Assembly: GCA_964418675.1 (NCBI GenBank)
Contig: CAYQMM010000003.1
Coordinates: forward strand, 152,202 to 216,201
From: an uncultured Candidatus Bathyarchaeia archaeon
Lineage (GTDB): Archaea; Thermoproteota; Bathyarchaeia; Bathyarchaeales; Bathyarchaeaceae
Direction of reading: 5' to 3'
DNA: 64,000 nt
Made by a program: the position numbers and the translations under genes
Notes under the pieces: generated by a model
The model's input: only the letters and a program-made list of their open reading frames with translations
What the model was told of the DNA's origin: nothing
The model's database searches: none
Shown here: one piece after another, positions 16,753 to 26,573 of the stretch
Position numbering within the stretch: position 1 is the stretch's first letter
How the letters are laid out: the number at the start of each line of letters is the position of its first letter

Positions 16753-16864
16753 ACCAAGTGTAACCAACATGAAATTCCAATTTATGCGTTTCGTTACGCT
16801 CAGTTAATGTTTTTTGGGAGATGATAAAAAAATGGGGGAGACTCGAATTTCAAAAAGAAAGATG

Positions 16865-17074
16865 CTAACCGTTTAGCTCTTTGATGTGTTCTTCTACAGC
16901 AGTGAGTTCTTTCTTTAGTTCTTCTGCATAGTTCTTCAGTTTCTCGGTTTTTTCCGCTTTGGTCAAAAGGCGCTTACCATAACCATGCTCTCTGCAGTTG
17001 CAGGGTGGGACGCAAATGCATTCTATGCACATGTTTTTCTTCACCTCCAGTTCTATGCAATGATTAATATCCAA
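16865..17074 (-). CDS. Small Cys-rich protein with a C-terminal coiled coil
   Basis: MCIECICVPPCNCREHGYG is followed by KLKNYAEELKKELTAVEEHIKEL. The gene is divergent from the HxlR gene. Confidence 0.4.
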   Translation of the reverse strand: MDINHCIELEVKKNMCIECICVPPCNCREHGYGKRLLTKAEKTEKLKNYAEELKKELTAVEEHIKELNG

Positions 17075-17140
17075 AGTAAAGTATTTAAACTATAAAGTTT
17101 ATAGTGACATAGTCGCTATCCACAATGAAAGTGAAAGGCT

Positions 17141-17539
17141 ATGTGTGAAGAAGCTAATCGCGTTTGCCTCTGTCCCCTCAAGGGCATAATAGATGTAATC
17201 AGCAAGAAATGGGCTCTCCTGATCATCAACGCCCTCGGCAACTGCGAAAAGTTAAGGTTCAACAAACTCATGGAAGCGTTAAACGGCATCAGCCCAAAGA
17301 CCCTATCTGACACATTGAAAGAACTCCGAGAAGAAGGCTTAATCAAGAGAGAATCCTTCGCCGAGATACCCCCACGAGTCGAATACTCCTTAACAAAGGA
17401 CGGGACCGAACTCAGAAAATCTATTATACCTCTTCTAGAATGGACTGCAAACAGAGATAACACGGATAAAGAGCGGTGCGCTGAATGCCCCCCGCAAACG
17501 CGCACCCGCCATCAAGCAAAGTTAGGTGAAACAAAATGA
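17141..17539 (+). CDS. HxlR-family winged-helix transcriptional regulator
   Basis: CPLKGIIDVISKKWALLIINAL...RFNKLMEALNGISPKTLSDTLKELREEGLIKRE...PPRVEYSLT. Confidence 0.85.
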   Translation: MCEEANRVCLCPLKGIIDVISKKWALLIINALGNCEKLRFNKLMEALNGISPKTLSDTLKELREEGLIKRESFAEIPPRVEYSLTKDGTELRKSIIPLLEWTANRDNTDKERCAECPPQTRTRHQAKLGETK

Positions 17540-18633
17540 AACGCGAGAAAATTCATGAAATATTAGCTGGCTATGACCCCAAACAAGTTATGATTGGAGT
17601 GCTTGGGTCCCATTCTGCCTTGGAGATGGGGCATGGCGCCAAGCAGGAAGGATTCGAGGTAGTTGTCATCTGCCAAAAGGGAAGAGAAAAAACCTACACA
17701 AAACACTACAGAAACCTCTTCGACCACGTATTGCTCCTGGACAAATTCGCCGACCTCATCAAAGAGGAGAACCAAGCTAAGCTACAACAACTGAACACCA
17801 TTTTTGTGCCCAACAGATCCTTCTCAGTCTACGTGGGCTATGACAACATCGAACAGAAATTGGCGGTTCCCCTCTTAGGGAACAGGTTCATGCTCAGAAG
17901 CGAAGAGAGAAACGTACCCAGAAACCAATATTACCTGTTAAGAAAAGCTGGCTTAAAACTGCCCAAAATTTTCAGTTCACCAGAAGAGATTGATCGGCTG
18001 GCTATAGTGAAGGTTCCTGAGAGAGAAAGAAGCATAGAGCGGGCGTTCTTTTACGCTTCATCCCCAGAAGAATACAAGAAGAGGGCAGAAGAGAGAATAC
18101 GAAAAGGGATAATTGACAGGAAAGACTTGGAAACAGCAACCATCGAGGAGTATATTGTCGGAGCCAAATTCAACGCCAACTACTTCTGGTCACCAATAAC
18201 CGACGAAATAGACCTTCTAGGATTCGACAGGAGAATACAGACAAACTTGGACGGCGTCCTAGATTTGCCCGCTGACGAACAACTAGAAGCAAAAATTTCA
18301 ACACAGAACGTGGAGATAGGACATATGGGAGCAACCATGCGAGAATCCCAGCTGGAAAAGATTCTGGAAGCAGGAGAAAAATTCGTTGAAACCTGCAAAA
18401 AGGAGTATCCTCCGGGCATAATCGGCTTGTTTGCCCTCCAAGGAGCCATGACCAAGAATTTAGAGTTCTACATCTTCGACGTAAGCCCCAGAATACCCGG
18501 CTGCCCCTGCGTGGAACCCACCAGCCCCTACATGAAGTACAAGTATGGCATGGAGGTTGGTCCAGGAAGAAGAGTTGCCATGGAGATTAAGACAGCTGTT
18601 GCAGAAAACAAGCTGGAGATGATAGTAACTTGA
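17536..18633 (+). CDS. purP: FAICAR synthetase PurP paralog 1 (ATP-grasp)
   Basis: IGVLGSHSALEM..., then an ATP-grasp body and the C-terminal FDVSPRIPG. The start overlaps the HxlR stop by 4 nt. Confidence 0.75.
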   Translation: MKREKIHEILAGYDPKQVMIGVLGSHSALEMGHGAKQEGFEVVVICQKGREKTYTKHYRNLFDHVLLLDKFADLIKEENQAKLQQLNTIFVPNRSFSVYVGYDNIEQKLAVPLLGNRFMLRSEERNVPRNQYYLLRKAGLKLPKIFSSPEEIDRLAIVKVPERERSIERAFFYASSPEEYKKRAEERIRKGIIDRKDLETATIEEYIVGAKFNANYFWSPITDEIDLLGFDRRIQTNLDGVLDLPADEQLEAKISTQNVEIGHMGATMRESQLEKILEAGEKFVETCKKEYPPGIIGLFALQGAMTKNLEFYIFDVSPRIPGCPCVEPTSPYMKYKYGMEVGPGRRVAMEIKTAVAENKLEMIVT

Positions 18634-19715
18634 TTTCAAAAACTGAAGTAGACAGTATTCTGGGAAAGTATGACAGCCAGAAAATCACAATAGGCACCCT
18701 AGGCTCTCATTCCGCCCTTAACATCTTCAAGGGGGCAAAAGAGGAAGGCTTCGGTACAGTTTGTGTCTGCAAGAAGGGAAACGAAATCGTCTATCAAAGG
18801 TTCCCTCTAGTCGACCAGGTTATTCTGGTTGAGGATTTCGGTGAGCTACTGGATAATGATGTCCAGCGGAAACTGAGAGAGGCAAATACAATCTTGGTTC
18901 CCCACGGCTCCTTCAACGCCTACGTTGGAACAGAAAAGATAATCGACAAGTTGCGTGTGCCCTTGTTCGGCAACAGGGAACTCCTGAACTGGGAGACTGA
19001 TAGGGAAAAACAGAGAGAGTGGCTAAAAAAAGCTGGGTTAAAGCTACCCAAGACCTTCGAGAATCCAGATGATATTGAGGGGCTGGTTATTGCGAAGTTT
19101 CCGGGGGCAATGGGTGGGAAAGGATATTTTCTAGTAGATTCGAAGGCGTCTTTTCAGAAGAAAGCAAAGGACATGGTCAAGAGAGGACTTCTGCTTAAGA
19201 AGGATTTGGAGAACATTCATTTCCAAGAGTATGTTGTCGGCGTGAACGTTTATCCTCTGTATTTTCATTCGCCCCTCAACAAGGAAGTTGAGCTTCTGGG
19301 AATGGACCGCCGCTACGAGTCTACCGTAGACAGCATTGGAAAGATTCCCGCCAGCGAACAACTGCAAGTTAACGTTAACCCCACCTACACTGTGGTTGGC
19401 AATTTTCCGATTGTTGCGAGGGAGTCGCTTCTGCCGGAGCTTCTCAGGATGGGCGAGAACGTCACCCTAGTGTCTAGGAAGATTGCTCCTCCAGGAATCA
19501 TAGGACCTTTCTGTTTGGAGACCGTCATCACGGATGACCTGAAAATCTACACCTTTGAGATTTCTGCGAGGATTGTTGCTGGAAGCAATGTGGGCATCGG
19601 CACTTCTCCGTATGCCTATCTGAAGTATGGTGAAGGAATGTACATGGGCAGAAGAATCGCCCTAGAAATAAAGAATGCAATAGCAAACGATGAACTGGAA
19701 AAAGTTGTCTATTGA
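18630..19715 (+). CDS. purP: FAICAR synthetase PurP paralog 2 (ATP-grasp)
   Basis: IGTLGSHSALNI... and FEISARIVAG are collinear with the upstream paralog. There is a 4-nt start/stop overlap. Confidence 0.75.
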   Translation: MISKTEVDSILGKYDSQKITIGTLGSHSALNIFKGAKEEGFGTVCVCKKGNEIVYQRFPLVDQVILVEDFGELLDNDVQRKLREANTILVPHGSFNAYVGTEKIIDKLRVPLFGNRELLNWETDREKQREWLKKAGLKLPKTFENPDDIEGLVIAKFPGAMGGKGYFLVDSKASFQKKAKDMVKRGLLLKKDLENIHFQEYVVGVNVYPLYFHSPLNKEVELLGMDRRYESTVDSIGKIPASEQLQVNVNPTYTVVGNFPIVARESLLPELLRMGENVTLVSRKIAPPGIIGPFCLETVITDDLKIYTFEISARIVAGSNVGIGTSPYAYLKYGEGMYMGRRIALEIKNAIANDELEKVVY

Positions 19716-19728
19716 CCAGCTTCGTGAA

Positions 19729-19935
19729 TCACTTGGGATTTGTTCTTGTTTTTATTTCGTGTTCAAGTATTCCTCGGTAGAGTATGAGGGGCGCAATCTG
19801 TTCATTGGGTTTATTGGTTGAAATCATCTGCTTTATGCTGCCATCCAAACGCTTCTTGTAGTCCTGAAGCTCCCTCAAACTCATATCCTTTAGTTTGGTT
19901 TTAAAATACTCTATAGGATCGCTCAACACATTCAC
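19729..19935 (-). CDS. Hypothetical small protein
   Basis: This 68-aa ORF sits in the same orientation as, and directly downstream of, the dCMP deaminase gene on the minus strand. Confidence 0.35.
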   Translation of the reverse strand: MNVLSDPIEYFKTKLKDMSLRELQDYKKRLDGSIKQMISTNKPNEQIAPLILYRGILEHEIKTRTNPK

Positions 19936-19949
19936 TCTCTCATAATTAA

Positions 19950-20450
19950 TTACTGTCGGTCATACTCTTCAACTTTGTTGTTCATGACAACCAATTCGAC
20001 GCCCGCCAGCTTGAAAAGCTCTATCGTATCATTGTCAGCATGATAATGCTTTTCACAGACCACACGCTTGATTCCCGAATTTATTATCATCATGGCACAT
20101 GTTCTGCATGGCGTCATTTTACAGTAGAGCGAAGAACCATCAAGAGCTATCCCAAATTTCGCCGCCTGAATAATTGCATTCTGTTCAGCATGCAAAGTGC
20201 GTACACAGTGCTGCGTAACAGTTCCACTTTCGTTCAAAACTCTTCTCAGGTCATGCCCCGCTTCATCGCAGTGCGGTAAACCTGCAGGCGCTCCAACATA
20301 CCCAGTTGTCATGATTCGCCGATCTTTGACAATCACACAACCTGCCCTTCCCCGGTCACAGGTGGCACGCTTGGAAACAGCCTCACACAAATCCAGAAAA
20401 TATCTGTCCCAATCAGGTCGCGGCTCACACTCCATCCTCAACATCTCCAT
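19950..20450 (-). CDS. dCMP / deoxycytidylate deaminase (ComEB family)
   Basis: HAEQNAI (H-A-E zinc/catalytic motif) and PCRTCAMMI (PCxxC). Confidence 0.88.
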   Translation of the reverse strand: MEMLRMECEPRPDWDRYFLDLCEAVSKRATCDRGRAGCVIVKDRRIMTTGYVGAPAGLPHCDEAGHDLRRVLNESGTVTQHCVRTLHAEQNAIIQAAKFGIALDGSSLYCKMTPCRTCAMMIINSGIKRVVCEKHYHADNDTIELFKLAGVELVVMNNKVEEYDRQ

Positions 20451-20582
20451 TAACTCGACTATACACCTAATCTAAACATAAAAATAAACCTGTTTTTTCC
20501 GCTACCTGCGAAATCCCCCTCCTCACCCGTAATCTAAGCATTCAATAGTGTTAAATATGGTCCCTGTTTCAAACGAATAGGA

Positions 20583-20671
20583 GGGCCGGTAGTTCAGTCT
20601 GGTATGAATGCCGCCTTCGCAAGCACAGCAGAAAGAGGCGGAGGTCGCGGGTTCAAATCCCGCCCGGTCCA
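20583..20671 (+). tRNA. tRNA-Ala(CGC) with a 14-nt canonical intron
   Basis: GGGCCGG-UA-GUUC-AGUCUGGUAU-GAAU-G-CCGCC-UUCGCA-[AGCACAGCAGAAAG]-A-GGCGG-AGGUC-GCGGG-UUCAAAU-CCCGC-CCGGUCC-A. The G3:U70 alanine identity pair is present and CCA is not encoded. Confidence 0.9.
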
Positions 20672-20918
20672 CTTTGGAATGCTCTCTGTTTATCTGTGTG
20701 TTTTTTGAGAAAAAGCCTGTTTTCAACAATACGCTGTGATTAGGCTCCAAATATGTTTGTTATTTCTGCTTAATTTCTTGTTTACTGGAACTCTTGTAGC
20801 CATAATAGGTGGAAATAAAGGTGGAATATTGACGAAATTGGTGATAAATACGAAAAGGTTTTTAGTTCCGTTCTATAACAACACAGACAAAACGTAGTTC
20901 ATATATGAGGTGAAATGA

Positions 20919-21653
20919 TTGTCTGTATTTGCCGCACCAGGCGCTTACGATCGTGCCATTACAGTGTTCTCTCCGGATGGGCGCCTCTTTCAGGTTGAAT
21001 ATGCCCTTGAAACAGTAAACCGTGGGGCAACAATAGTGGGAATCGCCTGTCCTGAAGGAGTTGTCTTAGGAGCAGAAGAAAAAATTGAAACCAAACTTCA
21101 AGATACGGATTTCACTTGGAAACTCTACACCGTAGACGATCATCTTGGAGCAGCGGTCGTTGGTTTGGGGTCAGATGCTCGCATACTCATCGACCAAGCT
21201 AGAATCTATGCTCAAAGCAACCGACTAATGTATGATGAACCCATCGATATTGAAATCATGACAAAACGAGTTGGAGACATAAAACAACTTTACACTCAAC
21301 ACGCAGGAGTAAGACCCTTCGGAGTCTCAATCATCTTTGGCGGAGTTGACAAAACAGGAAGCAGAGTATTCTCCACCGACCCAAGTGGCTCTTACAGGGG
21401 CTACAAGGCAGTAGCGGTTGGAATTGGCCGTGAAACCGTTGAAAACATCCTGAAGGAAGAATATCGCGACGACCTCAAGCTAGATGAAGCCGTCAAACTT
21501 GCTGTCAAATCTCTAACCCGCGCCCTCGAAGCCAGAGGAGAGCCAAAAAGAATCAAAATAAACCTTATTCCATCAGATACAAAAAAGCTCCGAGCGCTAA
21601 GCGACGAGGAAATCGAGAATATCCAGAGAGGGCTTGAGGGCAGTGGAACTTAA
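20919..21653 (+). CDS. psmA: Proteasome alpha subunit
   Basis: YDRAITVFSPDGRLFQVEYA at the N-terminus, 244 aa, with an alternative (TTG) start as in the track. Confidence 0.93.
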   Translation: MSVFAAPGAYDRAITVFSPDGRLFQVEYALETVNRGATIVGIACPEGVVLGAEEKIETKLQDTDFTWKLYTVDDHLGAAVVGLGSDARILIDQARIYAQSNRLMYDEPIDIEIMTKRVGDIKQLYTQHAGVRPFGVSIIFGGVDKTGSRVFSTDPSGSYRGYKAVAVGIGRETVENILKEEYRDDLKLDEAVKLAVKSLTRALEARGEPKRIKINLIPSDTKKLRALSDEEIENIQRGLEGSGT

Positions 21654-22342
21654 TGAGCGAACGCTACACCATCGCGCGCATCACTCATGATGGCGAACAC
21701 TTCGAAATCCTAACCAAACCTGAGCCTGCCCTTTCCTACCGACTAGGAAAAACCATCCCTATTTCCCAAGTTCTTGCCGCCGAAATAATCTTCACTGACG
21801 CAGGAAAAGGCACGAAGGCATCAGAAGAAAAATTGCAGGAAGTCTTCAGAACCACAGACCCTCTCAAAATCGCTGAAGTAATCCTTAAGAAAGGCACCCT
21901 GCAGTTAACAACGGAACAGAGGAAACAGCTGGTTGAAGACAAACGGAAACAAATCGTTTCCTTCATATCCCGTGAATGCGTTGACCCAAAAACAAACCTT
22001 CCCCATCCTCCCCTACGGATTGAACAAGCAATGAAACAGATTCACTACTCCATAGACACTTCCAGAGGAGTAGAAGAACAAGCGAAAGAGATAATAAAGC
22101 TCCTACTTCCGATTATCCCCCTAAAAATGGAGAAAATCTCAGTGGCAATCCGGATACCCCCAGAACATGCAAGCAAAGTTTACGGAACAGTTAAAGGATT
22201 CGGCACCATAAAGAGGGACCAATGGATGGCTGACGGGTCATGGTCTGCCATCGTGGAGATTTCAGCTGGACTTTATGGTCCTTTCTTGGATAAGTTGGGG
22301 AAAATGACCCGAGGAAATCTTGAAACTAAAATGGTAAAATAA
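21653..22342 (+). CDS. SBDS-family ribosome maturation protein (Sdo1)
   Basis: The 229-aa ORF occupies the conserved position after psmA in the archaeal superoperon and has an N-terminal FYSH-like segment (IARITHDGEHFEIL). Confidence 0.85.
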   Translation: MSERYTIARITHDGEHFEILTKPEPALSYRLGKTIPISQVLAAEIIFTDAGKGTKASEEKLQEVFRTTDPLKIAEVILKKGTLQLTTEQRKQLVEDKRKQIVSFISRECVDPKTNLPHPPLRIEQAMKQIHYSIDTSRGVEEQAKEIIKLLLPIIPLKMEKISVAIRIPPEHASKVYGTVKGFGTIKRDQWMADGSWSAIVEISAGLYGPFLDKLGKMTRGNLETKMVK

Positions 22343-22358
22343 TTAAAAATTTCTTGAG

Positions 22359-23072
22359 GTGATGTTGAATATGCCCGTTTTTTATGAGAAAAAACAGCTT
22401 GTTGCTCCTGGCGACCTTCTCGCCGAAGGCGATTACGTGTCGGGAGACAGCACCTATAAAGAGAATGGAAAAATCTATGCTAGCCGCCTTGGGCTTGTTG
22501 ATTATGATGGTAGGATAGTCCAAGTTGTTGCCCTCAAAGCATTTTACATTCCCGCCCCCGGAGATACGGTTATCGGAAAAGTGGTCGAAACCACGCCAGG
22601 CGGTTGGATTATAGACATCAAAGCTCCGCATCTTGCTAGGCTCCGAGCATCCGACGTTGTTGAACGCTCCTTCAAACCCGAAACAACAGATTTGCCCTCC
22701 ATCTTCGATGTAGGAGATTTGATAATCGCGAGGGTAGTTGCTTATGACCGAACCCGCGACCCCCTGTTGACCGTCCGTGAACCCGGTCTCGGGAAGATTA
22801 TGCGGGGGCAGCTTGTTGAGGTTACTCCCACTAAGATTCCGAGAGTTATCGGAAGAAAGGGTTCTATGGTAGGTATGATAAAGAGGGAGACGGGGTGCCA
22901 GTTGACCCTTGGTCAGAACGGATGGGTTCTCGTTAGCGGCAGGTCTCCTGAGGGCGAACGGCTTGCTATCATGGCTCTTCATAAAATTGAGGAAGAATCT
23001 CATACAAGTGGGTTGACTGACCGCGTAAATGAGATGATAAAAAAGGAAAGGAAAACTGTTGAAAGCAACTAA
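22359..23072 (+). CDS. rrp4: Exosome complex RNA-binding subunit Rrp4 (S1 + KH)
   Basis: [21 protein letters not shown] (S1), then [21 protein letters not shown] (KH GxxG). Confidence 0.9.
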   Translation: MMLNMPVFYEKKQLVAPGDLLAEGDYVSGDSTYKENGKIYASRLGLVDYDGRIVQVVALKAFYIPAPGDTVIGKVVETTPGGWIIDIKAPHLARLRASDVVERSFKPETTDLPSIFDVGDLIIARVVAYDRTRDPLLTVREPGLGKIMRGQLVEVTPTKIPRVIGRKGSMVGMIKRETGCQLTLGQNGWVLVSGRSPEGERLAIMALHKIEEESHTSGLTDRVNEMIKKERKTVESN

Positions 23073-23853
23073 AAAGAAAACTAAAAGAAAAACTAAAAAG
23101 GAGAAATTAAATATGGCAAAGAAAAAAAATGAAAAATTAATTGATAAAAAAGGCATCAGATTAGATGGAAGAAAATTGGATGAATTAAGACCCGTGAAAA
23201 TGGAGGTTGGAATCCTCCCAAACGCAGACGGTTCTGCATATCTGGAACAGGGAAAGAACAAGATTCTCGCAGGGGTCTACGGACCTAAAGAAGCGCATCC
23301 GAGGCATATAGCACAACAGGACCGCGCTGTCATCCAGTGCCGCTACCACATGGCACCCTTTTCGGTGGACGAAAGGAAGTCTCCGGCGCCTTCAAGAAGG
23401 GATGTTGAACTCTCCAAAGTGATTCGAGAAGCTTTGGAACCCGCGGTTTTCCTCGAATACTATCCCCGAACAGCCATTCAAGTGTATATTGAGATTTTAC
23501 AGGCAGATGGGGGAACGAGATGCGCGGGCATCACTGCGGCTGCTCTTGCTTTGGCTGACGCTGGAATTCCTATGCGGGACTTGGTTGTGGCTTGCGCGGC
23601 TGGAAAAGCCGATGGGAAACTGATAGTTGACCTCATGGACACGGAAGACAAGGTTGGTGAGGCTGATGTGCCCGTGGCTTTTATGCCGAACCTAAACGCT
23701 ATAACCCTACTTCAGATGGATGGCAGTCTATCAGTTAAAGAGTTTGAGGGCGCCATTAGTATGGCTCTTGACGGCTGCAAGCAACTGTATGCTCTGCAGA
23801 AGGAGGCGTTAAAATCGAAGTATGTTGCTGCTGAGGAGGCTGAAGAAGAATGA
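23059..23853 (+). CDS. rrp41: Exosome complex exonuclease Rrp41 (RNase PH fold)
   Basis: [42 protein letters not shown]. The likely true start is MAKKKNEKL at about 23113. Confidence 0.9.
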   Translation: MKATKKKTKRKTKKEKLNMAKKKNEKLIDKKGIRLDGRKLDELRPVKMEVGILPNADGSAYLEQGKNKILAGVYGPKEAHPRHIAQQDRAVIQCRYHMAPFSVDERKSPAPSRRDVELSKVIREALEPAVFLEYYPRTAIQVYIEILQADGGTRCAGITAAALALADAGIPMRDLVVACAAGKADGKLIVDLMDTEDKVGEADVPVAFMPNLNAITLLQMDGSLSVKEFEGAISMALDGCKQLYALQKEALKSKYVAAEEAEEE

Positions 23854-24653
23854 CAAACTCACCTATTGTTGTGCGTGTCAAGAAAAAACGAATCACTGAA
23901 CTCCTAGCTGACGGGCAAAGAGTGGATGGACGAGAACCAACTGAATATCGAAAAATCCAAATAGAATCTGGAGTGATTGAACGAGCAGAAGGTTCTGCCC
24001 GAGTGCACCTAGGCAAAACCGATGTTATGGTGGGCGTTAAAATCGACACTGGCACTCCCTTTGCAGATGTGCCAGATAAGGGTGTTCTGACGGTTAACGC
24101 TGAACTTGTGCCCCTTGCGTCTCAAGATTTTGAACCAGGACCTCCTGGCGAGGACGCGGTGGAACTGGCTCGGGTCGTTGACAGGGGCATAAGGGAGTCC
24201 AAGGCAATAGATTTGGAGAAGCTGTGTGTTGAGCCTGGCAAAAATGTCTTCATCGTTTTCATTGATGTTTACGTTCTTAACCATGACGGGAATCTCATAG
24301 ATGCTTCGGCTCTGGCAGCCTTGGCGGCTCTGCTTAACACGAAGATGCTCAAGTATACGGTTGAGGATGGGGAGATCGTGAAAAAGCCGGGTTATACTCC
24401 TCTTCCCATGATTAACTATCCCATATCGGTAACCTTTGCTAAGATAGGTGACAAGCTCATAATGGACACGGGGCTGGATGAGGAACAGGTCATGGACGCA
24501 CGATTGACGATGGCTCTGGACAAAGACGGAAACATCTGTGCCATACAGAAGGGCGGCGGTTCTGGCTACTTCACAAAGGAAGAGATATTAGAAGCCGCGC
24601 AGATTGCCCTTAAAAAGACTGAGGAACTGAGAAAACTCGTGGTTAAAGGCTGA
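23850..24653 (+). CDS. rrp42: Exosome complex subunit Rrp42 (RNase PH fold)
   Basis: [41 protein letters not shown], with a 4-nt overlap with rrp41. Confidence 0.9.
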   Translation: MTNSPIVVRVKKKRITELLADGQRVDGREPTEYRKIQIESGVIERAEGSARVHLGKTDVMVGVKIDTGTPFADVPDKGVLTVNAELVPLASQDFEPGPPGEDAVELARVVDRGIRESKAIDLEKLCVEPGKNVFIVFIDVYVLNHDGNLIDASALAALAALLNTKMLKYTVEDGEIVKKPGYTPLPMINYPISVTFAKIGDKLIMDTGLDEEQVMDARLTMALDKDGNICAIQKGGGSGYFTKEEILEAAQIALKKTEELRKLVVKG

Positions 24654-24928
24654 TGGGAAGAAAAACAAAAAAAGTTGGGCTAGCACAAGGGCTTGGCGTT
24701 CGTTACGGCGCAACCCTTAGAAAACGTTACGTTAAGGTGGTCACAGAAGCCAAGAAGACCCACAAGTGTCCCCAATGCGGTTCTGAGGCGGTTAAAAGAG
24801 AGAGCGTAGGCATCTGGAACTGCAGAAAGTGCGGTCACACCTTCGCTGGCGGAGCCTACACCCCCGTCACGAAACTTGGGGTTGTGGCTAAGCGTCAAGT
24901 GAAGAGTTTATCCTCTTCAGAAGCCTGA
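24653..24928 (+). CDS. rpl37ae: Ribosomal protein L37Ae (eL43)
   Basis: YGATLRKR...CPQCGSEAVKRESVGIWNCRKCGHTFAGGAY zinc ribbon. Confidence 0.92.
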   Translation: MGRKTKKVGLAQGLGVRYGATLRKRYVKVVTEAKKTHKCPQCGSEAVKRESVGIWNCRKCGHTFAGGAYTPVTKLGVVAKRQVKSLSSSEA

Positions 24929-24970
24929 TGGGAACAGCAAAACAAAAGTTCTAAATCACCGTTCTCCTCG

Positions 24971-25534
24971 GTGAGGGCAACGAAGTTGATACTGTTAACT
25001 ACCTCCCGGAGACCAACCGGAGGGATACGAACACTCTGTCGTGATTTAGCTAACTCCCTTCCTGATGTTGTGCGAGTTAACAGGGGGAAGATGAGCCTCG
25101 ATGGAATAGCTGAGAGAGCGATGGGAATGGAGGCAGACCGAGCCATTGTGGTTGACCGGTGGCATGGAGGACCCGGAAAAATAAGTCTCTTTCAGATAGC
25201 ACCAACCGGACTAAAGCCGTTTCCTCCCCTAATGCTGATTGCGGGGGTTCGTCTTCGAAGAGAATTCAAGGAAGGAACGAGGCGCAGCCGAGCATCAGTA
25301 ATCACCATGGAGCCAGAAGATTCTCCTGAACTGGAAAGAATCGCTGGGCATCTGTCGCAATTCTTGAGTTTGCCTGTTCTACCCATGGATGAAGCTGCTG
25401 AGAATGGTGCTTCGATGCATTTTTCGTTTGACTCTTCGCGGCGCCCTCAAATCACGTTCCTGCTCCTCAGTCGAAGGGTTGAAATAGGACCAAGGGTCAC
25501 CCTCTCAAAGCTGGTTTGGGAAGTCTCTGCATGA
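24971..25534 (+). CDS. Brix/IMP4-like ribosome biogenesis protein
   Basis: LILLTTSRRPTGGIRTLCRDL..., in the conserved superoperon position after L37Ae. Confidence 0.7.
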   Translation: MRATKLILLTTSRRPTGGIRTLCRDLANSLPDVVRVNRGKMSLDGIAERAMGMEADRAIVVDRWHGGPGKISLFQIAPTGLKPFPPLMLIAGVRLRREFKEGTRRSRASVITMEPEDSPELERIAGHLSQFLSLPVLPMDEAAENGASMHFSFDSSRRPQITFLLLSRRVEIGPRVTLSKLVWEVSA

Positions 25535-25782
25535 AGGCTCAGGCAGTTATTCGCCTAAATTTTTCCTCGGAGAAACAGTTGAAGGTAGTTTTGGAGGCGT
25601 TGAGACCTGAAATCGAGACTTCAGTTACTTCCCGCTCCAAAGTTCAGATGAAGGCTGAAGGACACGGTTTGGTCATGGAGTTCAGGGCGAGAGACACCTC
25701 AGCATTAAGAGCGGCATTAAACTCCTATCTACGGCTGATTGGGGTGGCGATGAACCTCCAAAAATTAACCAAAGAAAGATAG
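25516..25782 (+). CDS. KEOPS complex Pcc1-like subunit
   Basis: This 88-aa ORF reads AVIRLNFSSEKQLKVVLEALRPE...ALRAALNSYLRLIGVAMN and lies in the conserved neighbourhood upstream of prefoldin beta. Confidence 0.65.
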   Translation: MGSLCMKAQAVIRLNFSSEKQLKVVLEALRPEIETSVTSRSKVQMKAEGHGLVMEFRARDTSALRAALNSYLRLIGVAMNLQKLTKER

Positions 25783-25886
25783 TTGCGTCTTGACTTCAAT
25801 CTCCCATGCTTTTTGGTGAAAACGCTTAATATACTCCAAGTTATTTTATGCTGTCGAATTGAGAGGCAAAGTTTGAGGAGTTATAG

Positions 25887-26255
25887 ATGAGCGAAGATAT
25901 TTCGAGACTTCCACCCCAAATTCAGCAACGGTTACTCAGACTCCAACAATTACAGCAAACATTACAGGGAGTAATGGCTCAAAAACAGCAGCTTGAGCTG
26001 CAACTCACCGAGGCTGAACAAGCAGTAAACGAACTAGAGAAAATGACTGAAACCGCGGTGATCTACAAATCCATCGGCTCCCTTCTCGTCAAATCAAAGA
26101 AAACCCAAATTACCACAGAATTAAGCGAGCGCAAAGAACTCTTGAAGATGAGAGTTGACGTTCTGGGCAAACAGGAGGAGCGTCTGCGAACCCAAGTGAA
26201 GGACCTACAGGAGAAGCTGCAGCGGGACCTGCGTCCAGTATCCGCTCCTTCTTAG
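25887..26255 (+). CDS. pfdB: Prefoldin beta subunit
   Basis: The 122-aa ORF shows a coiled-coil / beta-hairpin / coiled-coil pattern (LPPQIQQRLLRLQQLQQTLQ...IYKSIGSLLVK...). Confidence 0.88.
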   Translation: MSEDISRLPPQIQQRLLRLQQLQQTLQGVMAQKQQLELQLTEAEQAVNELEKMTETAVIYKSIGSLLVKSKKTQITTELSERKELLKMRVDVLGKQEERLRTQVKDLQEKLQRDLRPVSAPS

Positions 26256-26267
26256 GGAGAAATTCGC

Positions 26268-26573
26268 TTGGAAGAGAATGGAATCCCTGAACTCACTCTT
26301 GAACAAGTTGAGGAGCTCTGCGAAAGGGCGGAACAGGCAGCCAGAAAACATGTCCTATCCCAAGTTCCAGCCAGCCGAATAGCCACCCTCGACTTGACTG
26401 TAGACACCGAAGGGACAAAACCCCTAACCGTAAACGTTGATGTAAAAGTCGTTCTCTCCCCCCTCATGAAAGACTTCGATGTCGAAGCGCTGACCAAAGA
26501 AGCAACGAAGAGAGCCTTCGCTCACATTGAAGAATACCTGAGGGAACTCAAGTGCAAATCCACGAAATACTAG
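26268..26573 (+). CDS. Conserved archaeal small protein (DUF3194-like)
   Basis: The 101-aa ORF has the position typical of the superoperon tail. The family assignment is from memory only. Confidence 0.45.
   Translation: MEENGIPELTLEQVEELCERAEQAARKHVLSQVPASRIATLDLTVDTEGTKPLTVNVDVKVVLSPLMKDFDVEALTKEATKRAFAHIEEYLRELKCKSTKY

Noticed and set aside
16569-16763. The track ORFs overlapping RNA genes: 16569-16763 over tRNA-Tyr, 14178-14405 over 5S rRNA, and 20523-20750 over tRNA-Ala.
   Set aside because: Each is explained by a structural RNA gene with clear secondary-structure and consensus features. The ORFs are fortuitous.
22326-23261. A 311-aa minus-strand ORF from the track.
   Set aside because: It lies entirely antisense to rrp4 and the start of rrp41, both of which have clear family motifs. 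Its sequence is low-complexity (F/L/S/P-rich) with no motif. It is a shadow ORF.
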